A DNA stretch of 63,471 nucleotides, counting the filler, from Choristocarpus tenellus KU-1152 (lineage: Eukaryota > Protista > Phaeophyceae), in NCBI GenBank assembly GCA_964200185.2. It is 13 parts of 13 records of this genome, joined end to end, with 100 filler letters (N's around TTAATTAATTAA, not from the genome) between each part and the next. Parts side by side here need not be neighbours in the genome. Positions count along the whole stretch, not along the records: positions 1 to 3,775 come from CAXNAD020017990.1; positions 3,876 to 6,436 come from CAXNAD020026762.1; positions 6,537 to 10,801 come from CAXNAD020015406.1; positions 10,902 to 13,649 come from CAXNAD020025086.1; 9 more parts are not named here. One strand, written 5' to 3'. Within the stretch, counting starts at the first letter, position 1. Each line of letters starts with the position of its first letter. Below are positions 1 through 11,930 of the stretch, piece by piece. A program made the position numbers and the translations under genes. A model generated the notes under the pieces. The model saw nothing but the letters and a program-made list of their open reading frames with translations, searched no databases and was not told where the DNA came from.

Positions 1-174
1 GGGGGGGGAGGATTCAAGATACCCATATAATATGAGTGCCCTAAGTAATACCTAACATATAGTGCAGACGGAAGCCACCACCAGTGCACACAACCTCAGA
101 CTCAAGGTACAAAAAAAAAGAACCACAGCCGAAAAAAACGACAGGGACACACGAACCCCCCCCCCCATGCTCAC

Positions 175-1519
175 CTAGCAACAGCTCTGGGCACCGGTAC
201 CACATTGTGACAACCTTAAAAGTGTATGGCCTGATGGGGTCCTCATACTTGCGGGCAAGACCAAAGTCACACACTGCGAGCTTCCCCTATAATGAGTCGA
301 GGTAGGCGGCACCAGGAAGGGGCACAGAGGGAAGGGGGGGAGGGGACGATGGGGTAGGAGTTACGCTGGATTAGCATCGGAGAGGGATGGGAGCTATCCA
401 GACTTGAGTTAGTATGTTTCGCGGTAGATAAGATCATTTTAGGGCCATTGTAAGACAATTTTGAAAAATTCGGGGGCAACTACAGACATATCCCTCACAG
501 CACACGTGACGCCCCTGTGGGGAATATCTAACCAAAAAGGGCATAAACAGCTTCTATAATGAAAAATTAAACCCGTTTTGAGAGGCATTGCAATAAACCA
601 TACCAGTACAATAGATTCCACACAAGACAAAGAACAGTACCCCCCCCTAAGTACAGCCAACATCTAGACGTATAAAACATCCATCAACATTCCACATGCT
701 GGGGAGTCCTCTTGTCAACTGGGTCTGGGCAGTGGTGCTCCCATCCATCTGAGGAGTACCAAGAGGAGACAATAAAAGCACTCCCCACCACACTCACTCA
801 CTGCACAAAATGTTCTCACGACAACATGTAGCAGAGAGTCATTTGCACATTAGCTATGGGATCACATCCTCAAACACACAAGAATAGTACTCCCCCTCCC
901 CCCCCCCAACCCCCCCCCCCCCCCCAAAAAAAAAAGAAAATGTATGTACATGTATATTTTCACTAACCCTATGTGCTGATAAACACAACACTTTAAAAAA
1001 AAAATGCAAACGAGCACGATAAAAAAATAAGTGGAACAATCCTGGCTATATACACAACCCATCCAACCACAAAGGGGCAAAGGACACCAAAAAAAGTCTC
1101 CCTACAATCTACAAAAAGTAAGTCGATGATTCAACCGGGAGGGGAGGTAACCAACATGGGTCCATCCGTCCGTGCCTTGGGCCGTTTTAGGGTCTAAAGG
1201 TACTATTGTTGAAACTCCGTTCAAAAAATAAAAATAAAAATAAAAATAAAAATAAAGAACATACATGCAAAAAAATACAAAAAAGGACGTCCGTAAGGAC
1301 AACTTACTCTCGGAAACTGAATGTATCTACAAAACACCCAAAATATCCCCCCCAGTCGTGGAGACCACGCACTCCAAAAAACCCGTGCCTTGGGGAAGTC
1401 AGAGGAGTCCTTCAAAACTCAATGGCACCCCCCTTGCCCTCGCATACTTCGACCGCGAAGCACTAGCAGCACAAACAAATTAACAAAAACTGAACCTAGT
1501 ATGTGCGATCGCTTCCACT

Positions 1520-1554
<35 letters not shown>

Positions 1555-2653
1555 GTAATATACACATACACACACATATGTATCTACATACACACATGTA
1601 TGTACCGTCCAAGTAGAGGAGTAACACAATAACAACGACCATGAGTTCACAAAACCCTGTCCAGGCACACTGACCTTGTGGTTGTAAAGCAGGTTGGAGG
1701 TCTTGAGATCCCTGTGTAGGTACCAATGCCGATGCATGTATTCCACCGCCCGAAGGAGCTGCAGCACCAGATTCTTCACCTCCCTAACGGTGAAAAACTC
1801 CTGCAAGTGGAGTATATCAGGACACACACACACACACACAACAACAACAATTGCAGTCAGTCACAGGATCAGCTTACGGTACCAAATGACGAGACGAGAC
1901 GAGAAGGGACGAGAGAGAAAAAAAAATAGTAAAATGGATAAATAAATAAAAAAGAAGAAAATTCTCATCGTTGCGTCTCGCGTCCCGTCGCGTTTTTTTC
2001 TTGTTTTTCTTAGATGTGTATCCTTGGGGTGTGTATCATCACCCCTAGATGAATGCGTGCACGATTGGACTTTGTAGGGTGTGAAAAACGAACTTTGTAA
2101 CACAAAATAAAGTAAAATAAGACGGTTTGGACACGTGGTAAGCGTGTGCAGCAAGCAAAGAGACAACCTCGGTTCAATTTGCAAAAAAAAATTAAAGTAT
2201 TTTGTACCCCTCCAAACACATCACATTTATTTCTACATTATTATTATTATTACTACTATTATCCCCATCTTCTCACAGCATCTCTCTCAAGAAAAAACCA
2301 AACTTACTCCAATATTCCCCTTGAGATTAAAAAACAGTAGTACCAAAAACCGTGTGACTCAGTCTCCAAGTAGTCATGGAGAGAGCAACAAACAGTCCCT
2401 CCACTCTACCATCTGCACAAGACACAGATGCCACTCCACCTCTTCATAACCAACTCTTCCACATCACTGCATCAATCGTGTACTCCTCAACATGCTTTTC
2501 TATACACGCCTAAGTGTGTGCCAAGTCACACACACCACACCACTGTTCCATTGCACTCAAAACACAGCATTCTGATTTTCCATAATAACTTATATACAGA
2601 CCAGTAACCAGCTGAAAACAAAAAAAATAGAGGGGGGGGGGGGGGGGGGGGGG

Positions 2654-2708
<55 letters not shown>

Positions 2709-3566
2709 NNNNNNNNNNAAAAAAAATAATAAAAAAAAAAAAAAAAGAAGAAAGGGGAAAGGGAGAGAAGGGGGGAAGGAGGGGGGAGGGGGGGGGGGGG
2801 GGGGGGGGGGGGGTGCATACCACAACCTACTGGAGAAAAATAAAATTCATCAAAAATAAAAAAAAACTCTAACCTCCTTGTCCCTCATGACGCTCATCAC
2901 AGACTTCAGGTCATGATCAAAGTACTCCATCACCATATACACCTAGAACATTACAGACAGGGATTGTTTGAAGGGGAGGCGGTGGGGGTTACGGCACAGT
3001 GGGATTGATTCAATTGCACTGTCGAAGAGATTGAAATCCTGGAATGTTAACCATCATCACGCCTCTAGGGGGAGCAGCGGGAGGAGGAGATGTTAACATT
3101 TTTGATCACTACGTAGTACTGGACTTGTATAAACAATAATAACAAATGTGAAGAGCCAATGGAACCCCTTCATTCCACAAGCTCCACCCAATTCGTCAAT
3201 TTCAATAGAGCAACATCTACCTATTGCAATAAATGGGAGGGATAATCGAAAAACTTTCATTTCTATGCAAAGCATCAAGTACAACTCAATCCAAGCTCAA
3301 ATGCACGTTTGTACATAAAAGAAACGAAAACCACACCAAGCAATACACAAACAAAAAGCTACATAGGGTTAGGATTAGGGTTAGGGTTAGACATGTAATA
3401 CCTTGTCCATTAATTGCACTACATATAATACCTTGTCCAGGGTCGAGCCAATGACCATTTCCAGCACACGTACAATGTTGGGATGGTGCAGGCTCAAGAG
3501 CACATTAGTCTCTCGGAGAGCTGTGATCGGGAAGCCCTCCCTGCCATTGTCCTTGGTTAACTTTAC
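175..3566 (-). CDS. CDK11: CDK11/CDKG-type cyclin-dependent kinase, partial (4 internal exons: 3566-3432, 2942-2874, 1800-1675, 286-175)
   Basis: GT-AG exons join in frame: [45 protein letters not shown] / [23 protein letters not shown] / [42 protein letters not shown] / [48 protein letters not shown], DFGLARxY and VVTxWYRxPELLLG match CDK11/CDKG. Both ends lie outside the contig. Confidence 0.92.
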
Positions 3567-3775
3567 CTGCAAAAGCGGGTAAAAATAAAAATATTCACAA
3601 TTAGAGCAATTATGCATAGTACAATTTTGGGGGAGAGGAGGAAACAAAACAAAAGAATCAAGATAAACCAAAAGTCCAGAGATAGTCAGATGCATCAAAC
3701 CCTACAAACACGTCAGTTGCACAACAATGAACACATTCAACGTGCCAGCAATTAGCCCCTATAAACATCATCTGC

Positions 3776-3875
3776 NNNNNNNNNNNNNNNNNNNNNNNNN
3801 NNNNNNNNNNNNNNNNNNNTTAATTAATTAANNNNNNNNNNNNNNNNNNNNNNNNNNNNNNNNNNNNNNNNNNNN
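3776..3875. other. Artificial contig spacer (44 N + TTAATTAATTAA + 44 N); identical spacers at 6437-6536, 10802-10901, 13650-13749, 23345-23444, 29843-29942, 33977-34076, 36601-36700, 43996-44095, 50924-51023, 55944-56043, 59277-59376
   Basis: Twelve exactly 100-bp blocks, each with a core giving stops in all six frames; genes on either side are unrelated and truncated. Confidence 0.97.
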
Positions 3876-4070
3876 GGGGGGGGAAGCACCCCTCCCCCCC
3901 GCACTTGGAGAAGAAACACCCCCGTATAAGCCCCCCCCCCCCCCCCCCCCCCCCTGGCCTGCCCTTTCCTGTTCAAAGAAAGTTCAGAGCATATGCATGC
4001 ATTGTTTTAAGTATGGACACAGTAAGGTACCATCGCCACCACAACCCTTGGGGGTTAGCGTTAGGGTTAG

Positions 4071-4334
4071 GAGTCGAAGTATCTCAGAGGGTAGGGCCGT
4101 TTCCACTTGGGGGCCAAAATCCAATGTCGCGATCTTGACGTAATTTTGGCTATGGTGTTTGCTAGGAAGTGTCAATATTCCTCGTTCCGGACACACCTTT
4201 TCATAAAGTATACATTTTACCTACTCCAAAACATTTCAGAGTAGGGAAATGTCATTAAAAAACTCGCGGGAAGCCAATCCCCATACGGACAAACAGGGCA
4301 AAACTCGTACCCTAACCCTAAGATACTTTCACTC
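4071..4334 (+). mobile_element. MITE family 1, full copy (~260 bp)
   Basis: Terminal inverted repeats GAGT(C/G)AAAGTATCTTAGAGGGTA...TACCCTCTAAGATACTTTCACTC and an internal CCTACTCC...GGAGTAGG hairpin; six further copies in the window. Confidence 0.88.
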
Positions 4335-4966
4335 TTAGAGCTGTGTTTCGGGTTAGAGTTCAAGCAAGAGGAAAAGTAAAGAAGATGACGCTTTGGGGTG
4401 GGCGGAGGGTACCATGACCTTCTCAATACTTTGTATTCCACGAGTAGGCAATATGCCACCGTTTGCCTTCACCACAGTGATAGTCCCATTGTCGCCTCCT
4501 GTGGCAATCACTTGGCCTGCATGCTCCAAAGCGCCACAGGGCCATGCACAGCGTTGGAAATGTGTGGCAAGTCGCATTAGTGAAGCGCAATGAAAGTCAA
4601 CATCAGTGGTTGGGGGGTTGGGGGTTGGGGGTGGGTGGGTGGGGGAATGTACACCAGCTAGTGTTTTCGTGCATGTTTTGTTTGAAAATTGAATAATTCT
4701 ACGAGTGTATGTACATTTACTTTTATACTTTAAAAAATATATTTTTTATACGTATTTTTCGGTCTTCTTAGAACCTCTTCCTCGTTCACAAGATTTGGTC
4801 TCCAACAATACTACAACCTTGCAAAAAAATGTAATAAGAATTTTTGCTGCTTGACTCCTTTGCATTTCTGTGAAAACATACGCCTTGTGCCTACCTTAAA
4901 AATGCTACACTTCCAGTAATGTTATCATCACCGAACTAGATAGTAATGAGGTAACCATCCCATTTT

Positions 4967-5040
<74 letters not shown>

Positions 5041-5699
5041 AGGCCCACTAAGATAAGCACCAAGAAGGAGGGCCTTGCATCATAGTGCAACCATCCACTT
5101 GTGGGATGGAACCAGCTACAGCATAGGGGTAGGTTGAATTGATGGATGTCTCGAGGTCCACGACATTGACATGCTTGCACTGCTTGGAACCAATTGCATC
5201 TTGCGTATGTATAAATTGTAGTACAAAGTAGTACGCACGATAGCCCTAACCCTTAGATGAGTGTAACTTGGAAGGCGGGGATCGTCAATCCAACTCCAAT
5301 GTTCTCAGAACCTTGAAATGAATAGACAGTTTACCATAGTTCTTCGCTGCGGTGATACTTGTGCGAGGCGTGAGTTGCCAGAAATCCTTAAGGGGGACCG
5401 GAACCTATTCTGCTGAAGGGGGAGAGCCACAGGTCACCCTTCAAAGCAAGGAGCAGCACTGTCCAGCACCTATCACATCTTCTCCCCGTGTGCCACACCA
5501 CTACACTCCAAGACCATTGGTGCTCTATCTACAACAGCTTAAAACATCACCACTATGTCTATACACATCCAAACGCAACTTAGACAATATCCAGTGGCCC
5601 ATGAGACCCAATCGCCAAATTTCGCAATACATACCCTCACTGCTTTCGAGACGGTCGCCGTCAACAATTGAGTTCTTCTCAAGGCAGCAGGGAAGGACG

Positions 5700-6400
5700 G
5701 GCGGGGTATGTTGATGTTGGTGGTTGATGTTGATGTTTTCTTACCCTACTAATGTTTTTGCGTTTCTTTTTGCTCACGCATACCTGTTGCCTCTTCATTG
5801 GGGATTCGGGCAGCATGGACCTATGCAAGCCCAATACTCTAGACTGTGGACTCGCCTTCAGCACTTGAACCTAAGAACTGCATACACTCTGCCTGAGCAA
5901 ACTAACATGGCCTTTACTTATATAATTGCTCAGGCAAAGGGATGTTGCACACATCAAGGTATCAAACCATACTTACCCAGGAAAATACACACGGTATACA
6001 CCAACCCCACCATATTCGAGTTCACCATTCTTCCCAACCCCGACTCCTAACCTCTCAGCACCTCTTCTTCTGGAGAGCACTGTCCAAACTCTCATTTCTT
6101 AAGGAGTCAATTCAACATCAACAGACCTACAACTGGAGCAAACACACCGTTGAATCCTTCACCCGTCGCCCACATCCCATACTACTACAAATATCGCAGG
6201 GAAGCACCTATTTCCAGGGAGCGTATACCAACGAGGAAGACGAAATGCAGAACTATCGGCGCAGAAACTACACCACTTTGTAGTCTTTCAAAGTGCATGT
6301 CTTCTCTCCCGAAGAGCTCACATGGACTATAGATGATACCAAGGATTAGCTAACGGCAACATTGAGGCTATTCGAGCGACCGGCAAGAGAGGCGATAGCC
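5700..6400 (+). mobile_element. Possible highly degenerate non-LTR retrotransposon fragment
   Basis: Broken ORFs with weak resemblance to the CRE-type 3' region seen more clearly at 56600-57200 and 58250-58900; no decisive motif. Confidence 0.25.
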
Positions 6401-7049
6401 GGAGAAGTCACCCACTATGTCCCTATCACATCCTAGNNNNNNNNNNNNNNNNNNNNNNNNNNNNNNNNNNNNNNNNNNNNTTAATTAATTAANNNNNNNN
6501 NNNNNNNNNNNNNNNNNNNNNNNNNNNNNNNNNNNNTTCACTATTGTCCTATTTTGCACAGAAATAGCTAGACATGCTTTAATGTGGTCTTCATCCAATA
6601 AGGCACGTATTCTTGGATTGGCCCACACATGCCCTTAGACGCTCCTAGTTAGTGTTGTTAATCAAAAGAATCAATGAGAATGAGCTAAATCGACTAAAAA
6701 ATGTCGATGTACTCGATTACCATCAAACTGTGTCGGAAGCACACAGGGCAAGGCAAAAAGGTCCCCCAACTGATGAGGGGCCCTGCTGGAGGCAGTCTTA
6801 TTTCTCTGATACTCTTCATTTGCCTAATTTTTTCCCCACTACAGGATAAACTTGGATGCCATCTCTTATGGACTTTTTCATGTCTGATTTGCAGAAGAAT
6901 AAATGACTGGAGAGCTGTCAAGAGGACGTCATTATTTTTTGTCGCACCTTTATCTGTTCATATATGTGTGGCTACATAGCTGCTTCAGTGTTCAGATGGT
7001 ATACTACTTTCTTTTGCCTTTATTAAAAGTCTTCCATTTATCGACCTTC

Positions 7050-8140
7050 GTCCAGGTGTTTCAAGGGAAGATAAAGACTTGCACATTCTCTAGTTCCAGC
7101 CTGTTCCGTTTTGAGGTCACAATATTACCAGCCATTGAGAGCATACACGCACTGAGAGTCTGCTCTTGTAGCAGGAATGCCACAATGTGGCGGGCAAGTT
7201 TTGCCAGGCGAGGAAATTTTGAGCTCCTTTCCCACCACCTCTTGGACATATTGTTTTAAGCTCCAGTACCCATATCAATCGTTTGGAGCCCTCCTGTAAC
7301 TTTGAAGGCACCAACCTCTGCAAGTGCTGCTTCCTCCATGTACTCCCTAACCGAATTTTCCAATATCCCACCACCACCATCATAACACCTGAACCAAAGT
7401 GTCTGGGGGGGGGGGTGTCTACACCAGGGTGTCCATTTGAACCAAAACCAGGAAAAGTGCACCTACATTATCCATCCAACTTATGCAACCAAATAACCCG
7501 AAAACCGTGACATGAAAAAATTGACCCCAAAAGGACAGCCGCCATCCCCCCCCCCAGATATTTTGAGCCACCTCCCGCACATTGCAAGGGAAACCTCTTC
7601 CGAATCCCTTCTATCTCTTATGGGAGGGCCACCTCCGCTCGAGATTAAATGTACGTCGACGAGGGTTTGGTTCCAGTGCTTGATTATTCTCTGTGTCCTG
7701 TGCTCCGTGCTCCTCCTCCACAACGTGTATAGCTTCCAACTCCACCTGCCTCCGATTGTCTTCAAGCACATTATGTGGAATCTCGCAAGGATTTTGGTCT
7801 TGGGGTCCAGACAAAAACCAGGACCTTCTTCCACCTAGTTTATCCCTCTGGACTGCCTGCTCTCACCACCAGAGTGCTGAGAATGTTTCTCGATGTACCG
7901 GAACAGTTCTCGAAATAATAAATCTTTGCGCTTGTACACTGACATACAGTATTTTTCGCGTACATGTGGTGGCTTTGAAGGTGCTGAAGGCTTGCCCTAT
8001 TTTCTTATACTCCTCTTGTCCATTGTAGATAATGGATATAATTTGAGACACTATCACATATACACACGTGCCACACCCTCAAGGGTCTCGTATGCTTCCA
8101 TGATGGGTTCAACTAACTTTCTTTCTACTCCCATCACCTG
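7050..8140 (-). mobile_element. Degenerate hAT DNA transposase 3' region, interrupted by a MITE
   Basis: WWERSSKFPRLAKLARHIVA...SMAGNIVTSKRNRLELENVQVFIF (7061-7249) matches the hAT C-terminal dimerisation domain; upstream LDPKTK (LDPRxK-like) near 7800; frameshifts and stops. Confidence 0.8.
7391..7569 (+). mobile_element. MITE family 2, full copy (~180 bp, G-run TIRs); ends also at ~10960-11003, 34077-34113, 55896-55943, 56044-56063, 63456-63471
   Basis: CAAAGTGTCTGGGGGGG...CCCCCCCAGATATTTTG inverted ends; left arm TCTACACCAGGGTGT repeated at 55921; right arm GGACAGCCGCCA-C(n)-AGATA repeated at 34081. Confidence 0.8.
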
Positions 8141-8699
8141 GTGATGTAAAAGAAAAGTTAAAAAGAGAGGTGAGATGGGAGACGGGGAAAATATAAATCA
8201 GGGAGAAACAAAACAGAGGAAACAACTAAAAACGACAGATGGCACAACATAGATGGTGACGTTGACAAATCTCTAAATGTGAAGGAAGAAGGAACGACAT
8301 GCGTGTGATAGATGTCAATCTGAAAACTGATAGGCATTTATTGCATATGTGAAAGGTTTTCGGCACACTTTCATTCCTCCTACAAGCGCTTTCAATCTTT
8401 GTTTTTATATACCTATGTTACAAAATCCTCCTCAAGTTTACCATGATGGGGATATGTACCTCCAATCCACAAGCCCGTAGGTGAATGAAGAGGCTCGTAG
8501 ACGGCTTCATAATGGAAATGTCATCAAATAGGCTGGATATCTGACCTCGATTATTCACTTTATTGCTGTGATTGGGGTATATTACCCATCATTATCCTAA
8601 GGGATGGGAAGGAGTTAGTGTAGGTAATCTGTTCGGGGCTTGACGGCGTATTGTAAAATACCCCAGTTTGATACCCATTTTGCGGGTGATTTTTTCTTC

Positions 8700-9480
8700 C
8701 GATATGTTCCAGGCAGGGGGATGGAAAGAAAGGTGCATCCAGATGAAGGAAATTGCCCTTACATCTGACACGTTCACTCAATTTACACAAAAATCACTAC
8801 AGAGGCACAAAGACACCGAATGGACAGCTGACCCCTCCACTACAATACTATCGGCCTATAGGAAGGGAATGAACAAACATGTACGACCTATATATAGAGC
8901 ATAGTATATACTACTTCGAAATAACTAATGAATAAATGGTCAAAGTATAATATGTAAAATCTAGGACTTCAAGGTCACAATGGCACTTATGAAACCGCCA
9001 CTAATTCGCATCGCCTGCGACATGTCCCCCCACAATGAATTATAACTGCTTCAATGCGAAAAACAGGCGATTGTAAAAGGAAATAAATTTGGACCCCTCA
9101 TCCTATCCTGAACGTGCCAGAAACTAAATGAATGTCACTCCCAGGTTCTAACATATTAGTAGGCAGCTTTAGAGATCCATCCAGGAGGAAACCTGGAGGT
9201 AAAACCCCCTTCCCCAACGTTTGCCCTGACGATGGATATGCTAGTGTGACAATCGCACCTCATGGCACTCACTCTGCACTTGACTGAACGTCCAAGAAAA
9301 GACCTCGTACACCAGATTCTCACGCTTATCTCAAAATGGGGTACTATCATAAATGGACTTCTACCCCTTACAAAATGACGAACACAAATAAATGCTGACA
9401 CAACATCACATTGGCAAAGAAATAGGGAATTAGAATATATAGAAATAGTCTCCCTCCCTAAGAACAAGGACATCAACAAA
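8700..9480 (+). mobile_element. Degenerate CRE-type LINE fragment
   Basis: 8748-8860 (AAATTGCCCTTACATCT...GAATGGAC) is homologous to 58322-58430, which lies directly upstream of a recognisable CRE endonuclease remnant. Confidence 0.5.
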
Positions 9481-9577
9481 TACAGACAAAGATGACCCAC
9501 AATAACATGGAAGTAGGGTGCTGTCATATAAAGACTCTCCCCCTTCAGAATTATTAATATAAATAAATACAAGACAT

Positions 9578-9835
9578 AAAAGAAAGTATCTTAGAGGGTA
9601 CGAGTTTTGCCCTGTTCGTCCATTTGGGGGTGGGCTTCCTGTGTTCATTTTTATGATATTTTCCCACTCCAAAATGTGTAGGAGTAGGTAAAATGTGTAC
9701 GTTATGAAAAGGGGTGTCCGGAACAAGGATACTAACACTCCCTAACAAAAACGACAGCCAAAATTATATCAAAAGCGCAACATTGTATTTTGAGCCCAAA
9801 TGGACGCTGCTGTACCCTCTAAGATACTTTGGCTC
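9578..9835 (-). mobile_element. MITE family 1, full copy, reverse orientation
   Basis: AAAGTATCTTAGAGGGTACGAGTTTTGCCC...TACCCTCTAAGATACTTTGGCTC. Confidence 0.88.
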
Positions 9836-10397
9836 AAAAGTAATATCTTACAGTCCCCTAGAAATTACGTACTGTCATAAGAAAGACTATCCCCTCGTTC
9901 TGATAAAATCCAGTAGGGGCTTTTTGCCCACTCATCCATAAGCAACAATCTTACCCCCCCTTTTACCATTTCCAGGGTGCTGTTGTTTGCGCTCCCAAAG
10001 ACTGGTTATATTTATGTTTTGTCCTGCCCTCCTTTAGCCTCTCTCTCAACGTACAGCTCGAGTATCCAGTCTCTATTCCACACTTTCTAGACGGGGTACC
10101 CGTGGGTGGCAGACAAAGCATATTCTGTGTACCCTTAGCCACCTGGACCTGAGTTTTGACCTATCAAACTGCTGGATACTCCTGCAAGTAGCAGTTGTAA
10201 TGCAGGAAAAAACGAAAAAAACAGTGAAAGCACCAACGGGCAACAAGCGTGAATATGTGAATAAGGCGGAACCTAATCTACAGAAAATTGAGACACATGG
10301 AACACACAATGGTATTGCTGCCAGCAGCCTCGTGCATAATCTCAAGGTCTCCCCCTCTGAGGCTATGGTTTGGGGCAGAGGTCATCGGGGCGACTCA

Positions 10398-10607
10398 GTG
10401 GACACAGTAAGGCGACCTGCACTCCCTTACACAGCTTCAAGGTCGTAAAGGGAGACACTGAAGCCGTGATCACAAGTGCAGGTAGGTCATTGATGTGAAC
10501 TAGTGCAGACAGTAAGGTGTCCTACACTATCCTTCACAACCTTAAGGTCGTAGAAGGAGACCCTGAAGCTGTAATATTGAGTGCAAGCCAACGATGCGAA
10601 CATGATT
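10398..10607. repeat. Diverged tandem duplication, ~105-bp unit x2
   Basis: CAGTAAGGCGACCTGCACT...AAGGTCGTAAAGGGAGACACTGAAGC versus CAGTAAGGTGTCCTACACT...AAGGTCGTAGAAGGAGACCCTGAAGC. Confidence 0.75.
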
Positions 10608-11038
10608 GAATGCCCTCACTCACGGGTGTGTGGTGTTTGAGCCACAGGTGTGACGATGCAGACGATTTCCCCCTAATCCGAGAAAAACTGGATATGGGGA
10701 TGAGTCCATCATGTCCCAAGGAGGTAATGACAGTCTCATGCGATAAGCTGACTATTCTCTCCGGTTCGAAGAGACAAGGTAGGACCTGGCTCAAAGTATA
10801 TNNNNNNNNNNNNNNNNNNNNNNNNNNNNNNNNNNNNNNNNNNNNTTAATTAATTAANNNNNNNNNNNNNNNNNNNNNNNNNNNNNNNNNNNNNNNNNNN
10901 NAACGGGGAAGCGGGTTTTGGGGGGGTGGGGGGGTCAGGGGTGTGTCCTTCCCTCCCCCGGGGTTGCGCCCCCCCCCCCCCCCCCCCCCCCCCAGATACT
11001 TTGTGAGTCTTCTTTCTACTGACTGACTGTTCATGCAC

Positions 11039-11930
11039 CTGAGCGACTCGTGGGAACAACTGGTGAAAACTGTTGGTGCCCCCGTCTGCTGTGTTATGCG
11101 GCTGGATAGACCCTCCATGTTTACCGCCCACATCGATGGCCCTTCAGAATTGAACAAAAGAAATAGAAAACATACATGAGTCGTGGTCTGAGAAAATACA
11201 AATCGCTCAGGGCAGACAGGTCCCTTAATACTATGAAGTCTGAGAATATGCACATGTGCATATGAATATATATATATATATATGTGTGTGTGTGTATATG
11301 TGTGTGTGTATATATAAATACTTACCGTTTAAGACCAGATACTTCGACAGTGTTTTCTCATTGTTCAATACTGTTGTTGCTTCTCATACCATGTCATCGA
11401 TGGAGGGGATCCATTTGAGTGACGTTTTTCCTTTGAACGCTAATACAGACACGGCACCCTGGTAAACAAGCTTTTCCTGAGCGCTTTTTCATTCATGCGC
11501 TGCATACAACAGGATCACATTGAATTGGATTAATCCAATGTGGGTTGCAAGGGTTAGGGTTATACCACGATCCATTGCAATGTTCTCTTGTGCCCCCTTC
11601 TGTGGAATCTGCTTGAGTGCACAGGTGTTGTTTCCACTATCTACTCTTACGCACACACACACACACACACACAAAAAATGAATCATTGGTGTATCGCCCA
11701 TGCTCCTTGACCAATGATGTAGGGACATTGAGAGTAATAAACAAGGGTACTAACATTGAGGTCTCTGCAAGGGGTGCAGATGAGTCCCTTTGCAAGTCCC
11801 TTCTGCTCTCCTGGTACCTGGAAGACCTGTTGGCTATCGCCTGATCTGCTAACCGGAGAAACTCTTCCCCCTGCATGGTTGACAACTTTGTCTTACCAAC
11901 CGAGGTGAAGCTCGTTGAAAACGTGTCCCC
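11039..11930 (-). pseudogene. Candidate exons of an unknown, probably disrupted gene (~11930-11755, ~11499-11326, ~11141-11039)
   Basis: AG/GT-bounded coding-like blocks (TKLSTMQGEEFLRLADQAIANRSSRYQESRR; AIDVGGKHGGSIQPHNTADGG); the middle block has stops in all three frames; no family recognised. Confidence 0.25.

Noticed and set aside
2510-2825. Poly-Pro/poly-Phe ORFs
   Set aside because: Translations of G and A homopolymers around a small N gap in a CDK11 intron; low-quality sequence.
3820-3831. Recurring TTAATTAATTAA palindrome as a biological motif
   Set aside because: Always centred in exactly 88 N; it is an assembly spacer.
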